This document shows, in pieces, positions 9,039 to 17,626 of a DNA stretch of 64,000 nucleotides. The first letter of the stretch is position 1; the number at the start of each line of letters is the position of its first letter. The stretch is from Candidatus Udaeobacter sp. (lineage in GTDB: Bacteria; Verrucomicrobiota; Verrucomicrobiia; Chthoniobacterales; UBA10450), in contig DASYDV010000023.1 in NCBI GenBank assembly GCA_036499375.1, positions 33,075 through 97,074 of the forward strand, written 5' to 3'. Position numbers and translations under genes: made by a program. Under the pieces are notes generated by a model. It did no database searches. It was not told the origin of the DNA and saw nothing but the letters and a program-made list of their open reading frames with translations.

Positions 9039-9814
9039 TCGAAGAGCCGTATCGTTGGGTCGAAGCGATCGCCAACCGGCGCGAATACATCGAAGGGCAA
9101 CTCGCTCCTGGTAGTCCTATTGCAGCGCTCGGATTTCGCGACGGCATTCTATTTCTTACGCTCGGACAGACGCGTCAGAAACTTTTCGAGATTTACGATC
9201 GGATCGCGATGGGAGCGATTGGTCACCCGGGGGACATCGAGCGGTTGCGAATGGCGGCGATTGAACTGGCGAGCGCGGAAGGTTTCGCGCGTTCGGCGGC
9301 GGATGTTTCATTGCGGCGGCTTGCGCACTATTCGCTCAGTCCTGTCATGAAAAGCGCATTCGAACAGGTGTACGGTCCGCCGTATCTGGCGCGAATGCTT
9401 TTTGCCGAGGTGGGTGCGCGTCCAGAGGATGATTTGTTTTTGCGAGTCGAATACGACGGCGAAATCGCGAGCAACAGCGCAACCTATGCGCGAGTGCGAC
9501 AGGATTTTGCCGTGCTAGGCGGTACGCGACAATCGGGCGAACTGATGGAAGCATTTCTGAAAACCGAGCATAAACCGGATAGTAGCTTTGAAGCGGCGGT
9601 AAAGTCGGCGCTCGACGCATGGAGCGTCGGGCACATGTTGTTGCAAGACAGTGACGCAAAGGAACTGCCCAAGCGCGACGCCATTAAGCAGCATTGTCGG
9701 GAACAACTCGCCATGGCCGCCATCGAGGCAGCAGTGCTGGAACGCGCTGCTACAACGACAATTCGTTACCGTTCGTTCTCAGATAACGAATTGCGCTCGT
9801 TCATTACCGATTAA
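9035..9814 (+). CDS. prcA: 20S proteasome alpha subunit (PrcA-like)
   Basis: 259 aa. The start overlaps the prcB stop (ATGA). Proteasome-fold pattern GSPIAALGFRDGILFLT...IYDRIAMGAIGHPGDIE, with no N-terminal Thr nucleophile. Confidence 0.7.
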   Translation: MIEEPYRWVEAIANRREYIEGQLAPGSPIAALGFRDGILFLTLGQTRQKLFEIYDRIAMGAIGHPGDIERLRMAAIELASAEGFARSAADVSLRRLAHYSLSPVMKSAFEQVYGPPYLARMLFAEVGARPEDDLFLRVEYDGEIASNSATYARVRQDFAVLGGTRQSGELMEAFLKTEHKPDSSFEAAVKSALDAWSVGHMLLQDSDAKELPKRDAIKQHCREQLAMAAIEAAVLERAATTTIRYRSFSDNELRSFITD

Positions 9815-9848
9815 GTTGTGAAGACAACTTTTCTCGCGGAGATCACAA

Positions 9849-10643
9849 ATGAAACAGACCCTCCGGAATGTACTGGCAGTTGCTGGCTTATTGTTGATGA
9901 CTGCCTCTTTTATCTGGATGGCGCTTTATCAAAGCAAGCTACCCGGGTCCAGAAGACAATCGAAGGCAACACCGCCAACGTCGCCCAAACCATTTACAGC
10001 CGTCGTTCTTGATCCAGGCCACGGCGGTACGGACTCCGGCGCAATGTGTGGCGGCGTCATGGAGAAGGATCTGACGCTGGATGTCGCCCGCCGTGTCGAT
10101 CGCCTGTTAGGCTCGGAAGGGGTCGCCACGTTGATGACACGCATCGGGGACACTTACGTCTCGCTGGCGGACCGCGCAGCGCTTGGAAATCGGGTGAGAG
10201 ATAGCATTTTTGTCAGCATTCATTTCAACGAAGATAACAAAACAGTCGCGACCGGCGTGGAAACCTATTACGCTGCGCATCAGATCACTTCACCCTCTGT
10301 TCTCGCTTCCTGGCTGCCGTTTTTGATGCGAGCGCCGTCGGCCTCCCCGAAGCTGGAAAGCCAAAGCCTTGCCGGTTTCATTCAGGAAGCGTTGGTGGCA
10401 CGGACCCGCTCCGTCGACCGCGGGACGCAAGCCAAACAATTTTTTGTGATCGCGAACGTGACTTCTCCCGCGGTGTTGATTGAGGGCGGCTTTCTTACCA
10501 ACAAGGATGATGTTTCGAAACTGGCCAGCGAAGATTATCGCGACCAACTTGCGGCAGGTGTGGCCGGCGGGATTTTGCGGTACCGTGAAGCGGTGAGTGA
10601 GCGGAACTCACCTTTGGCAACAACAGACCCGGGAGAGCGCTGA
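9849..10643 (+). CDS. N-acetylmuramoyl-L-alanine amidase (Amidase_3, AmiC-like)
   Basis: Signal/TM N-terminus, VVLDPGHGGTDSGA, VSIHFNE, and a GGFLTNKDD tail. Confidence 0.85.
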   Translation: MKQTLRNVLAVAGLLLMTASFIWMALYQSKLPGSRRQSKATPPTSPKPFTAVVLDPGHGGTDSGAMCGGVMEKDLTLDVARRVDRLLGSEGVATLMTRIGDTYVSLADRAALGNRVRDSIFVSIHFNEDNKTVATGVETYYAAHQITSPSVLASWLPFLMRAPSASPKLESQSLAGFIQEALVARTRSVDRGTQAKQFFVIANVTSPAVLIEGGFLTNKDDVSKLASEDYRDQLAAGVAGGILRYREAVSERNSPLATTDPGER

Positions 10644-10679
10644 ATAGGCTAACGAATGTCGTCGTCGAATGAGTTAGGA

Positions 10680-11423
10680 ATGAAAATCAAAATCGCTGCG
10701 CTGATCTTCATTGGATCCATCGCGCTGGTGCGCGCGGATCAAGTGACCGAAAGCGTGCAGCAGGCTTTGAAGGACCAGGGCTTCTACTACGGTGAAATCA
10801 ACGGCGAAACGAATACGACTCTGACGGCAGCCATTCGGCGGTATCAGATTCGCAATGGGCTTCAAGTTACCGGCGAACTCAACGATGAGACGCTGCACTC
10901 ACTTGGGATTAAGTCTTCCGGCGGCCCACGACAAACGATCAAATCTGGGTCGCCCACTCCTCCCGCGGCTTCTACGTTGGACGAATCAGCGTCCAACGAA
11001 GCCGAAAACGCAACTCCTGCGCCGCCAGTTCAAAATTTTGGCAACGCCCCGCAAGGTCAACAGGTTTATCCATCAACACCCACGGGTCCGGCGACTTCAC
11101 CAGGAGCGGCGTTCGCCGGCACTCCATTTGAGAGCGCTCCTCCCGTGGTGCAACGCAATGTGGTCGTCTCCGCGCAGATAGCGCTGGCGCGCTATGGGCT
11201 ATATCGGCAACAGATTGACGGAATCTACGGACCAGCAATGGAACTTTCGCTGCGCGCTTATCAGGCGCGAACGAGACTTTCGGTGACCGGCCGACTCGAT
11301 TTGGAAACGCTCGCGGCGCTGCGCTTGTTGCCCGGCCCCCGCCAACGTTATTACGATCCTTACCATCAGCATAGGCGTCCTCCGCCCGGCCCACCGGTGC
11401 CCGGTCAATGGGTCCCTGACTGA
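10680..11423 (+). CDS. peptidoglycan-binding (PG_binding_1) repeat protein
   Basis: Signal peptide MKIKIAALIFIGSIALVRA from the ATG at 10680 (the track ORF starts at 10656). Two PG_binding_1-like units (LKDQGFYYGEINGETNTTLTAAIRRYQIRNGLQVTGELNDETL and LARYGLYRQQIDGIYGPAMELSLRAYQARTRLSVTGRLDLETL) separated by a Pro/Ser-rich linker. Confidence 0.7.
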   Translation: MKIKIAALIFIGSIALVRADQVTESVQQALKDQGFYYGEINGETNTTLTAAIRRYQIRNGLQVTGELNDETLHSLGIKSSGGPRQTIKSGSPTPPAASTLDESASNEAENATPAPPVQNFGNAPQGQQVYPSTPTGPATSPGAAFAGTPFESAPPVVQRNVVVSAQIALARYGLYRQQIDGIYGPAMELSLRAYQARTRLSVTGRLDLETLAALRLLPGPRQRYYDPYHQHRRPPPGPPVPGQWVPD

Positions 11424-11521
11424 TTGTTTGATGCGGGCAATTGTGTCCGCGAAATTCTCAAGCGCTCCTCGGTCAAGGGTCATCGTATCGTGCGACAGAA
11501 ATTATCCTCATCAGGAGTGAC

Positions 11522-12340
11522 CTACTTTGGATTGTCGAAATGCACTGACAACAGTTCGGCAAAAACTGTGCCGACGAAAATCTGTGCCTCGATCCGAAGA
11601 ATGAGCCGTTCGGCATCGTCGGAAACCCAGATTGTGGCGCGACGAAACTTCTTGTGCGGCTCCAATTCGAGATGCTTTCCGATGCGTTTCAGACGCAGAT
11701 CAAGCTTGATCGCGTTATAAGTGCCGGCGCGCACGGAGATTTTTTCCCGCCCGAGTACAGTGACAGTGGTGAGGTAGGCATTTGAGGCCGGGTAAACTGC
11801 GAGTCGATAAACGCTCCCTTGTCTAAGCGGCTGACTCCGCAAGTAAAGCGCCGCCGAGTGCAGATCGAACAGGTCAGGGAAGGCGAACTGCTTTGTCTTT
11901 GTTTCGGTACCGCTGCCATGGCCTTCTGTTCGTGCTCGAGTCACTCCGCTGTTCGTAAAAGTTAGATGGGTAACGATTCGCTTTGATCGATAATTCTCTG
12001 TTTGTTGGGCTTCGATCGGGGTCAGGGTTTCGGCGTTTGCCAGCGCGCGATGGTTCACATCCAGTTTCCATAATGCCCGGACCAAGCCAGTGGTTCGGCC
12101 CGTGCCTTCGAGCTGAAATCTGTCGTTCGAGGGCCTGGTGAAGTGAACCTCGCCGGTGGCTGCGGTCAATCCAGACCACCCGAAACGATAAGACACTTGC
12201 AGCGGGCGTAGCGCTGGAAAATTCCCAGCTGGCTCCTTGCTTAGCGTCCCCTGCCAATTCGCCGCCAGTAAAGCAGTGGAAGACGCGAGCAAGATTGCGC
12301 TCGCGCATATCGTTAGTCGAGATCTGCTTGGAAAAAACAT
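11522..12340 (-). CDS. DUF3108-like secreted protein
   Basis: The ATG at 12340 gives the signal peptide MFFPSRSRLTICASAILLASSTALLA. The body (DLHSAALYLRSQPLRQGSVYRLAVY...ATIWVSDDAERLILRIEAQIFVGTVFAEL) matches my recollection of DUF3108. The longer track start (12403) would overlap the terminator hairpin at 12401-12435. Confidence 0.55.
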   Translation of the reverse strand: MFFPSRSRLTICASAILLASSTALLAANWQGTLSKEPAGNFPALRPLQVSYRFGWSGLTAATGEVHFTRPSNDRFQLEGTGRTTGLVRALWKLDVNHRALANAETLTPIEAQQTENYRSKRIVTHLTFTNSGVTRARTEGHGSGTETKTKQFAFPDLFDLHSAALYLRSQPLRQGSVYRLAVYPASNAYLTTVTVLGREKISVRAGTYNAIKLDLRLKRIGKHLELEPHKKFRRATIWVSDDAERLILRIEAQIFVGTVFAELLSVHFDNPK

Positions 12341-12400
12341 GGTTAAGGAGGTTCGCGGCTGCTGACGACGCGGCGTGCAGTACCTTATTTCATCCGTACA

Positions 12401-12435
12401 CAAAAATACACGCGAGTGTAGCCCGCGTGTATTTT
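12401..12435 (-). terminator. rho-independent terminator downstream of skp
   Basis: Perfect 13-bp stem (aaaaatacacgcg / cgcgtgtattttt) with a 9-nt loop. T-rich on both sides. Begins 21 nt after the skp stop. Confidence 0.6.
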
Positions 12436-12455
12436 TCAGAATGCTGCGGCGAGTC

Positions 12456-13097
12456 TCAGGGCTTCCGTGGTCTTGCCGCCGGGCTGACAGAAGCGGCTGT
12501 CGCAGGTTTCTTAGTGGAAGCGGTAGCTCGGCCGGGTTTGTTTAGCGTCTCGATGATTTCGCCGGTGAAATCGACGTTCTCTGGCGCATAGAGGATCACG
12601 GGGACGCCATTGATGCTGACCCCCGATTTATCGAGAACAAAATCAAGGTTTTTGGCTTTGACCTTCTCCATTACGACATCGGTAATTTCCTTTACGATTC
12701 CCTCTCGCATTCGCATCAACTGCTCTTGCAACTGCCGTTCTCGGGTCTGGCGGAAATCACTGATCTCTCGTTCCATGCTTTTGATGTTGGCGATCTTGTC
12801 ATCGCGATCTTTGGCCATGCCTGTTTTCTTGTCGGCGCTCAATGCCGGAGACTCAAGTTGTTTGTTAAGGTTATTTATTTCGTCGAGCGCCTTTTTGTAA
12901 GCTTCCGCGCGGTCATCGTATTCCTTCTTGGCGGCGTTCTTGGCGTCGTTGATCTTTACCTCGGCTTCCTTGGTTTTGTTGTATTCCTTGAACGCCCGTT
13001 GCATATCAACCGTTCCAATTTTGGATGTGCCCTGTGCAAACGCCGCCATCGGAAGAGCCAGCGTCAGCGCAGAGAGTATTGACAGAGACTTTTTCAT
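12456..13097 (-). CDS. skp: OmpH/Skp periplasmic chaperone
   Basis: The ATG at 13097 gives the signal peptide MKKSLSILSALTLALPMAAFAQ. Then IGTVDMQRAFKEYNKTKEAE and a long Lys/Glu coiled-coil region. Lies immediately downstream of bamA. Confidence 0.8.
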   Translation of the reverse strand: MKKSLSILSALTLALPMAAFAQGTSKIGTVDMQRAFKEYNKTKEAEVKINDAKNAAKKEYDDRAEAYKKALDEINNLNKQLESPALSADKKTGMAKDRDDKIANIKSMEREISDFRQTRERQLQEQLMRMREGIVKEITDVVMEKVKAKNLDFVLDKSGVSINGVPVILYAPENVDFTGEIIETLNKPGRATASTKKPATAASVSPAARPRKP

Positions 13098-13153
13098 AAA
13101 AACAGAGGATACGGTTGCCGGAATCGCGTTAGACTGCAACCACATATATTCGT

Positions 13154-15484
13154 TCAAAATTGATAACCTACGTTGAAGTTGAAATGGCCGCCGCCGTTAT
13201 ATCCGTCACGCATCACTGGATATCCGTAATCGAGGCGTAGTGGCCCGATCGGCAAATCAAGCCGGAGTCCAACACCGATATCGGAAGCGAGATGGTTGAA
13301 CCCGAAAGACCACGCGTCGCTATTGACGAAGCCGGTGTCATAAAAAATTGCCCCGCGCGCTTTTACAATGATTGGGAAAGTCCATTCAACCGTTGCCCGC
13401 GCCATTGATTGGCCGCCGGTGGGCTCACCTTGCTCCTGCGGGCCGACTTCGCGAAATGGAAAGCCGCGGAGGTTGTTCGAGCCGCCGAGATAAAGCCGCT
13501 CGAAAATCGGTACCTCGTTCCCGTTACCCCATTGGCTCACCGTCGCAATTTCGCCATTAAGCAGCAAGATTGTATCTTTCGGCAGTGAAAAATATTGAGA
13601 CCCTTCGAGGTCCAATCCGTAAATCTGGGTATCGCCTCCAAGAAAACCCCCGGCAATAGAAGGCGAAAACGTAATGCGTCGCCCGCGGTGTGAGAGCAAA
13701 GGATTGTCGCGCGAATCAAACACTACGCTGCTATACACCTTGCTTTCAGTAAACGTGCCCTTCTGGGACTGAATAAAGTCAGGCGCGGAGGACGCCACGT
13801 TAAAAATCTCAATGTCCTGCAACGTATATCCCAGCGTGCCGTACATGTATGAGTTGATCGGCTTGCGCAGTTCGAACAGGAACCCGTAGTTCCGTTGATC
13901 GTAGTCAGCGCTCAAGTAATTTGCCTCGTTGTAAAAGGCCTGACCACTCAGCGAAAGGCGCCGATCGAGGAAGTAAGGTTCCGTAATGGTAAGAATAAAA
14001 TCTTTACGCTCCGTGCCGTACTGGATTCGCAGGCGAAACTTTTGGCCACCGCCCGTGAAAGAAGGCCAGTTGAGCAGGTCGAAATTGCCCTGAGTGAGTT
14101 CCGCGAAACCCACCAACTTATCCACGGTGCTGAAGCCGCCTCCGAAGCTGAGTGAACCCGTGCGTTTTTCTTGCACCAGAATTGTCAGATCTTTGCGCCC
14201 CGGAATGTCTGTCTCTTCGGGATACGTCTCGACCTTTGCGAAGTAACCCAGGTTCTCCAAACGTTTCTTGGTCGTGTCTACACGAACAGTGTTAAAAACG
14301 TCTCCCGGAGCGACGAGGACTTCGCGCCGGATCACCTTGTCTTTGGTGCGTGTGTTGCCCTCAATATTGACGCGGTTCACAAAGGAGCGGCTGCCCTCCT
14401 CGATGTTGTAATGCACGTCGATCAGGGCCGGCCCGGCAGGAGTGCCTTCGGGTGTAACCACCAGATCGACGTAGCCACCGCTGCCGTATGCATCAGCGAG
14501 CATCTTGGCATCGTCTCGGAGTTGTTTTGGCGAATAGAGGCTCCCTTCTTTCATTTTCAACAGTTTGCGAATTTTCTCTTCGCTGGTCGCCTGATAGCCC
14601 GAGACGGTCAGCTTGCGTACGTGATACTGTGGCCCTTCCACGATCACGATAGTGATGATCATGGGGCCTTTCGGAGTGCGTTCCTTGCGCACCTCTTTTA
14701 TTCCCACGTCGATAAAGCCATGGTCTTGATAGTACTCGCGGATTTTGTCGAGGTCCTGTTCCAACTGGACTTCATCGAGGCGTCCGGTTTTATCCACGAA
14801 ATAAATGAACGTTCTGCCACGAGTTTTCATCTGTTTGCGCAGTACCCGTTGGCTGATGTGCTCATTTCCCTCGAAACGGACCTCGCTCACCGCTCCCTTG
14901 GCGCCTTCGTTCACCGTGAAAACGATGCGGGCCGTGCCACGTTTCTCATCGATTGGATCGATACGAAATTGAACGCTGACGTCGGTGAATCCTTTTCCCT
15001 GATAGATGTCGATGATTTTCTGGCGCGCGTCTTCCAGTTGCTGTTCGTCAACCGCCTGGTTGAGTCTGACCTTGATTTCCTTGCGCAGCCTTTTCGGGCT
15101 GACGTGGTCGGCGCCTGTGATTTCGATCTCACGGATAATCGACCGCGTCTGCACGGCGACGATAACCTTCACACCGTCGCCTTCAGGCTGCGCAAAGATA
15201 CGGACGTTTCGAATGTACCCGGTCTTGTAAAGCGCCTTGATGTCCTCCTGTAAGATCTCGTTCGAATATCGCTGACCAATCTTTGTGCGCATCTGCGCCA
15301 GAATGCGTTCCTTGCTGATCGTTGCGGGCCCGGTGTACTGCACGTCCATGGAACGAATGACGGGAGGCCCCGCGGGCGCTTGAGGAGCTTGTGCCCGGGC
15401 AATTACAGCCCCAAAGAGCGCGCAAATAGATGCGATCCAAATCGCAAGCGGCGGGGGGCGCATCCATCCATAAAAACGTTCCAT
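13154..15484 (-). CDS. bamA: outer membrane protein assembly factor BamA
   Basis: About 780 aa. Signal peptide, five POTRA-like repeats (e.g. IRSMDVQYTGP, IREIEITGADHVS, VSEVRFEGNEHIS), an Omp85 beta-barrel and a terminal NFNVGYQF. Start candidates are ATG 15484, ATG 15463 and GTG 15505. Confidence 0.9.
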   Translation of the reverse strand: MERFYGWMRPPPLAIWIASICALFGAVIARAQAPQAPAGPPVIRSMDVQYTGPATISKERILAQMRTKIGQRYSNEILQEDIKALYKTGYIRNVRIFAQPEGDGVKVIVAVQTRSIIREIEITGADHVSPKRLRKEIKVRLNQAVDEQQLEDARQKIIDIYQGKGFTDVSVQFRIDPIDEKRGTARIVFTVNEGAKGAVSEVRFEGNEHISQRVLRKQMKTRGRTFIYFVDKTGRLDEVQLEQDLDKIREYYQDHGFIDVGIKEVRKERTPKGPMIITIVIVEGPQYHVRKLTVSGYQATSEEKIRKLLKMKEGSLYSPKQLRDDAKMLADAYGSGGYVDLVVTPEGTPAGPALIDVHYNIEEGSRSFVNRVNIEGNTRTKDKVIRREVLVAPGDVFNTVRVDTTKKRLENLGYFAKVETYPEETDIPGRKDLTILVQEKRTGSLSFGGGFSTVDKLVGFAELTQGNFDLLNWPSFTGGGQKFRLRIQYGTERKDFILTITEPYFLDRRLSLSGQAFYNEANYLSADYDQRNYGFLFELRKPINSYMYGTLGYTLQDIEIFNVASSAPDFIQSQKGTFTESKVYSSVVFDSRDNPLLSHRGRRITFSPSIAGGFLGGDTQIYGLDLEGSQYFSLPKDTILLLNGEIATVSQWGNGNEVPIFERLYLGGSNNLRGFPFREVGPQEQGEPTGGQSMARATVEWTFPIIVKARGAIFYDTGFVNSDAWSFGFNHLASDIGVGLRLDLPIGPLRLDYGYPVMRDGYNGGGHFNFNVGYQF

Positions 15485-15666
15485 ATGTCCGAGGCGCAGC
15501 CCCACGCAAAAACGAACCCACGCAGGACAGGCGCTATATCGGAAATAAGATGGTAATCGTCAAGGCGAGATTTTTCACACAATTTCGACGGTCCACCTCT
15601 TGATTAATCCGCAGTTCGCTCTGTACACGAGATATAGTCCCCAATTTATCCGGCATGCTCGGCTCT

Positions 15667-17019
15667 TTAACGAGGCTTCCTCGTCAGCGTGATAGTTAAT
15701 CCCTGCACCGCTGCGATCTCGGCTTCCTCGCCTTCTTCGATCGGCGCGTCGCTGACGGCGTTCCAGTATTCGCCTTCAATAAATATCCTGCCGTGGCGCG
15801 AATCGATCGGCGTCAGGGCTGTCACGGTTTTTCCGATGAGCGTTTCTTTTCCCACCTTGACCGGCAACAATTGGGCGCGCAGGCCTTTTCCGATTACGAA
15901 AGCAAAAAACCCGGCGGTGACCAGTGTCGCAGGAATAATGAGACTTAATGACAAGCGAAAGAGGGGATCAGCGCGATTAAAAAGCATGAGCGATCCGATC
16001 AGAAACGCGATGATCCCACCGACGGTGAGCACGCCGTGTGTGGGAGTGTACAGATCAAAGATGAAAAGCAGCAGAGCCAGCCCGATCAGCACTAGTCCAG
16101 CCACGTTCACTGGCAGGATGGCCGCAAGATAAAGCGCCAGAATTAACGCGATCGCTCCTACCACGCCGGGAAGAATTGCACCGGGTGAAGTCATTTCACC
16201 AATGATCCCATAGATCGCTATCAGCATCAGGATGAACATGACCTCTGGTCGCCAGAGTTTTTGAAAAACGCGCTCCGCGGGCGACATCTTTATTTCGGTC
16301 ACTTGTGCGCCGGCGGTCTTCAGGGGTTTGCCGTCCACGACGCGCCCATTCAATTTTTGCAGCAGATCGGGCGTATCTGTGGCGATTAAATCAATAACTT
16401 TCAATTCCAGGGCTTTTTGCGCCGTGATTGAAGCACTTTCCTTTACCGCGGACTTGGCCCATTCAACGTTGCGCTGGCGCTTGCCGGCGATGGTCTCCAT
16501 GTAGCTGACGGAAAAATTCTCAAGCTTCTGCTTCATCGTTTCGTCCGTTTTTTCTTCGCCGCCGCTCGGAAAACCGCCGATCGAGACAGGGTGCGCCGCG
16601 CCGATCGTCGTGGCCGGTGCCATCGCCGCGATACTGGCCGCAAGCGTAATGAAACAGCCTGCACTCGTAGCAGTGGCGCCGGTGGGCGCGACATAAACGA
16701 CGATGGGGACTGGAGAGCCGAGGAAGCTTTGCACAATTTTCTGCGTCGAATCGAGCAGGCCGCCCGGCGTGTTCAGTTGGATAACGAGGCACTGCACGCT
16801 CTGCGTTTTGGCTTCGTCGATGCTTCGGGAAATGTAACTCGCTGTGGCAGGCCCGATCGCTCCGTCAATGTTGATAAAAGCAACCTTTTCCGCTGCAAAA
16901 CTTGTCGCCGCGACCGTGCATGCGAACCAGAAAATCGCGATGGCAACGCAAATCGAAAGGCGACCTCTGCGAGGCGACGCTCTGCTACCACGTTCGAGAT
17001 CGCTCGTCAGGCGTCGCAG
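15667..17019 (-). CDS. NfeD-family membrane-bound ClpP-class serine protease (long form)
   Basis: Contains IQLNTPGGLLDS, ATSAGCFI, a multi-TM middle region and a C-terminal NfeD OB-fold (GRIFIEGEYWNAVS). The track ORF starts at GTG 16797. The conserved N-terminus (signal-like LSICVAIAIFWFACTVAATSFA, then KVAFINIDGAIGPATASYISRSIDEA) continues in frame upstream with no ATG/GTG/TTG. I place the start provisionally at CTG 17019. Confidence 0.7.
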   Translation of the reverse strand: MRRLTSDLERGSRASPRRGRLSICVAIAIFWFACTVAATSFAAEKVAFINIDGAIGPATASYISRSIDEAKTQSVQCLVIQLNTPGGLLDSTQKIVQSFLGSPVPIVVYVAPTGATATSAGCFITLAASIAAMAPATTIGAAHPVSIGGFPSGGEEKTDETMKQKLENFSVSYMETIAGKRQRNVEWAKSAVKESASITAQKALELKVIDLIATDTPDLLQKLNGRVVDGKPLKTAGAQVTEIKMSPAERVFQKLWRPEVMFILMLIAIYGIIGEMTSPGAILPGVVGAIALILALYLAAILPVNVAGLVLIGLALLLFIFDLYTPTHGVLTVGGIIAFLIGSLMLFNRADPLFRLSLSLIIPATLVTAGFFAFVIGKGLRAQLLPVKVGKETLIGKTVTALTPIDSRHGRIFIEGEYWNAVSDAPIEEGEEAEIAAVQGLTITLTRKPR

Positions 17020-17079
17020 AGCTCCGCCTACCGTCCGTGTCGTTCTTAGAGATCCCGCCGCGTGAGCGTCCGTAGGAGA

Positions 17080-17565
17080 TCACACTCCTTTCATCGGCTG
17101 AAGCTTGATGGCAAGATCTTCTACTTTTGGCTGCACGATCTTCTCGTAATCGCGATAACTCATTTTGATCGCGTCAGTGTGAGTGCCCGCCTCGAACACG
17201 ATGTAGTCCTGTTCCGCCAGATCTTTGTCCACATAGGTTGTTAGGCCATAGAGATTCCCAAACGGCGGCATCGCCCCAATCACAGACTCGGGAAAGAGTG
17301 ACTTGAAGTCCTGTTCCTTTTCAAGCGACACAGGTTTGCCGGTTACTTTCTCGACCTTCTCCAGATCGATCCGGTGATCTGCCGGCAACACCATCATCAA
17401 ATGTTGATCGCCAGATTTTATCATGACCACTTTCGCCTGATGCCGTCCTTTGACGTGCTCGGCTTCAGCGATCCGTTGCGCCGTCACCGCCTCAGTGTGG
17501 TGAAGGACCTCGTACTGCACTTTGTTTTCATTTAAACAATCGATCAGTCGTTTCGGTATTTCCAT
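17080..17565 (-). CDS. YbaK/EbsC-type aminoacyl-tRNA editing (deacylase) domain protein
   Basis: 161 aa from the ATG at 17565. Contains HHTEAVTAQRIAEAEHV..KVVMIKSGDQHLMMVLPADHRIDLEKV...GAMPPFGNLYGL, matching the YbaK-like pattern. Confidence 0.7.
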   Translation of the reverse strand: MEIPKRLIDCLNENKVQYEVLHHTEAVTAQRIAEAEHVKGRHQAKVVMIKSGDQHLMMVLPADHRIDLEKVEKVTGKPVSLEKEQDFKSLFPESVIGAMPPFGNLYGLTTYVDKDLAEQDYIVFEAGTHTDAIKMSYRDYEKIVQPKVEDLAIKLQPMKGV

Positions 17566-17626
17566 AATCGCCTCCGATAGAAAAAGTATCACTTTCCGGC
17601 GCCATCTCTACTGTTCCAGGGGACGG

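Noticed and set aside
8038-11423. A search around the proteasome genes for PafA/Dop-type ligase or deamidase genes and an Mpa-type AAA ATPase.
   Set aside because: None of the neighbouring ORFs shows Pup-ligase or AAA+ motifs. The neighbours are LysM, amidase and PG-binding proteins. The absence is reported as part of the UBact finding.
14171-15253. 360-aa plus-strand ORF.
   Set aside because: It lies entirely antisense to bamA, which has POTRA and Omp85 motifs. It is a typical shadow ORF in GC-rich coding DNA.
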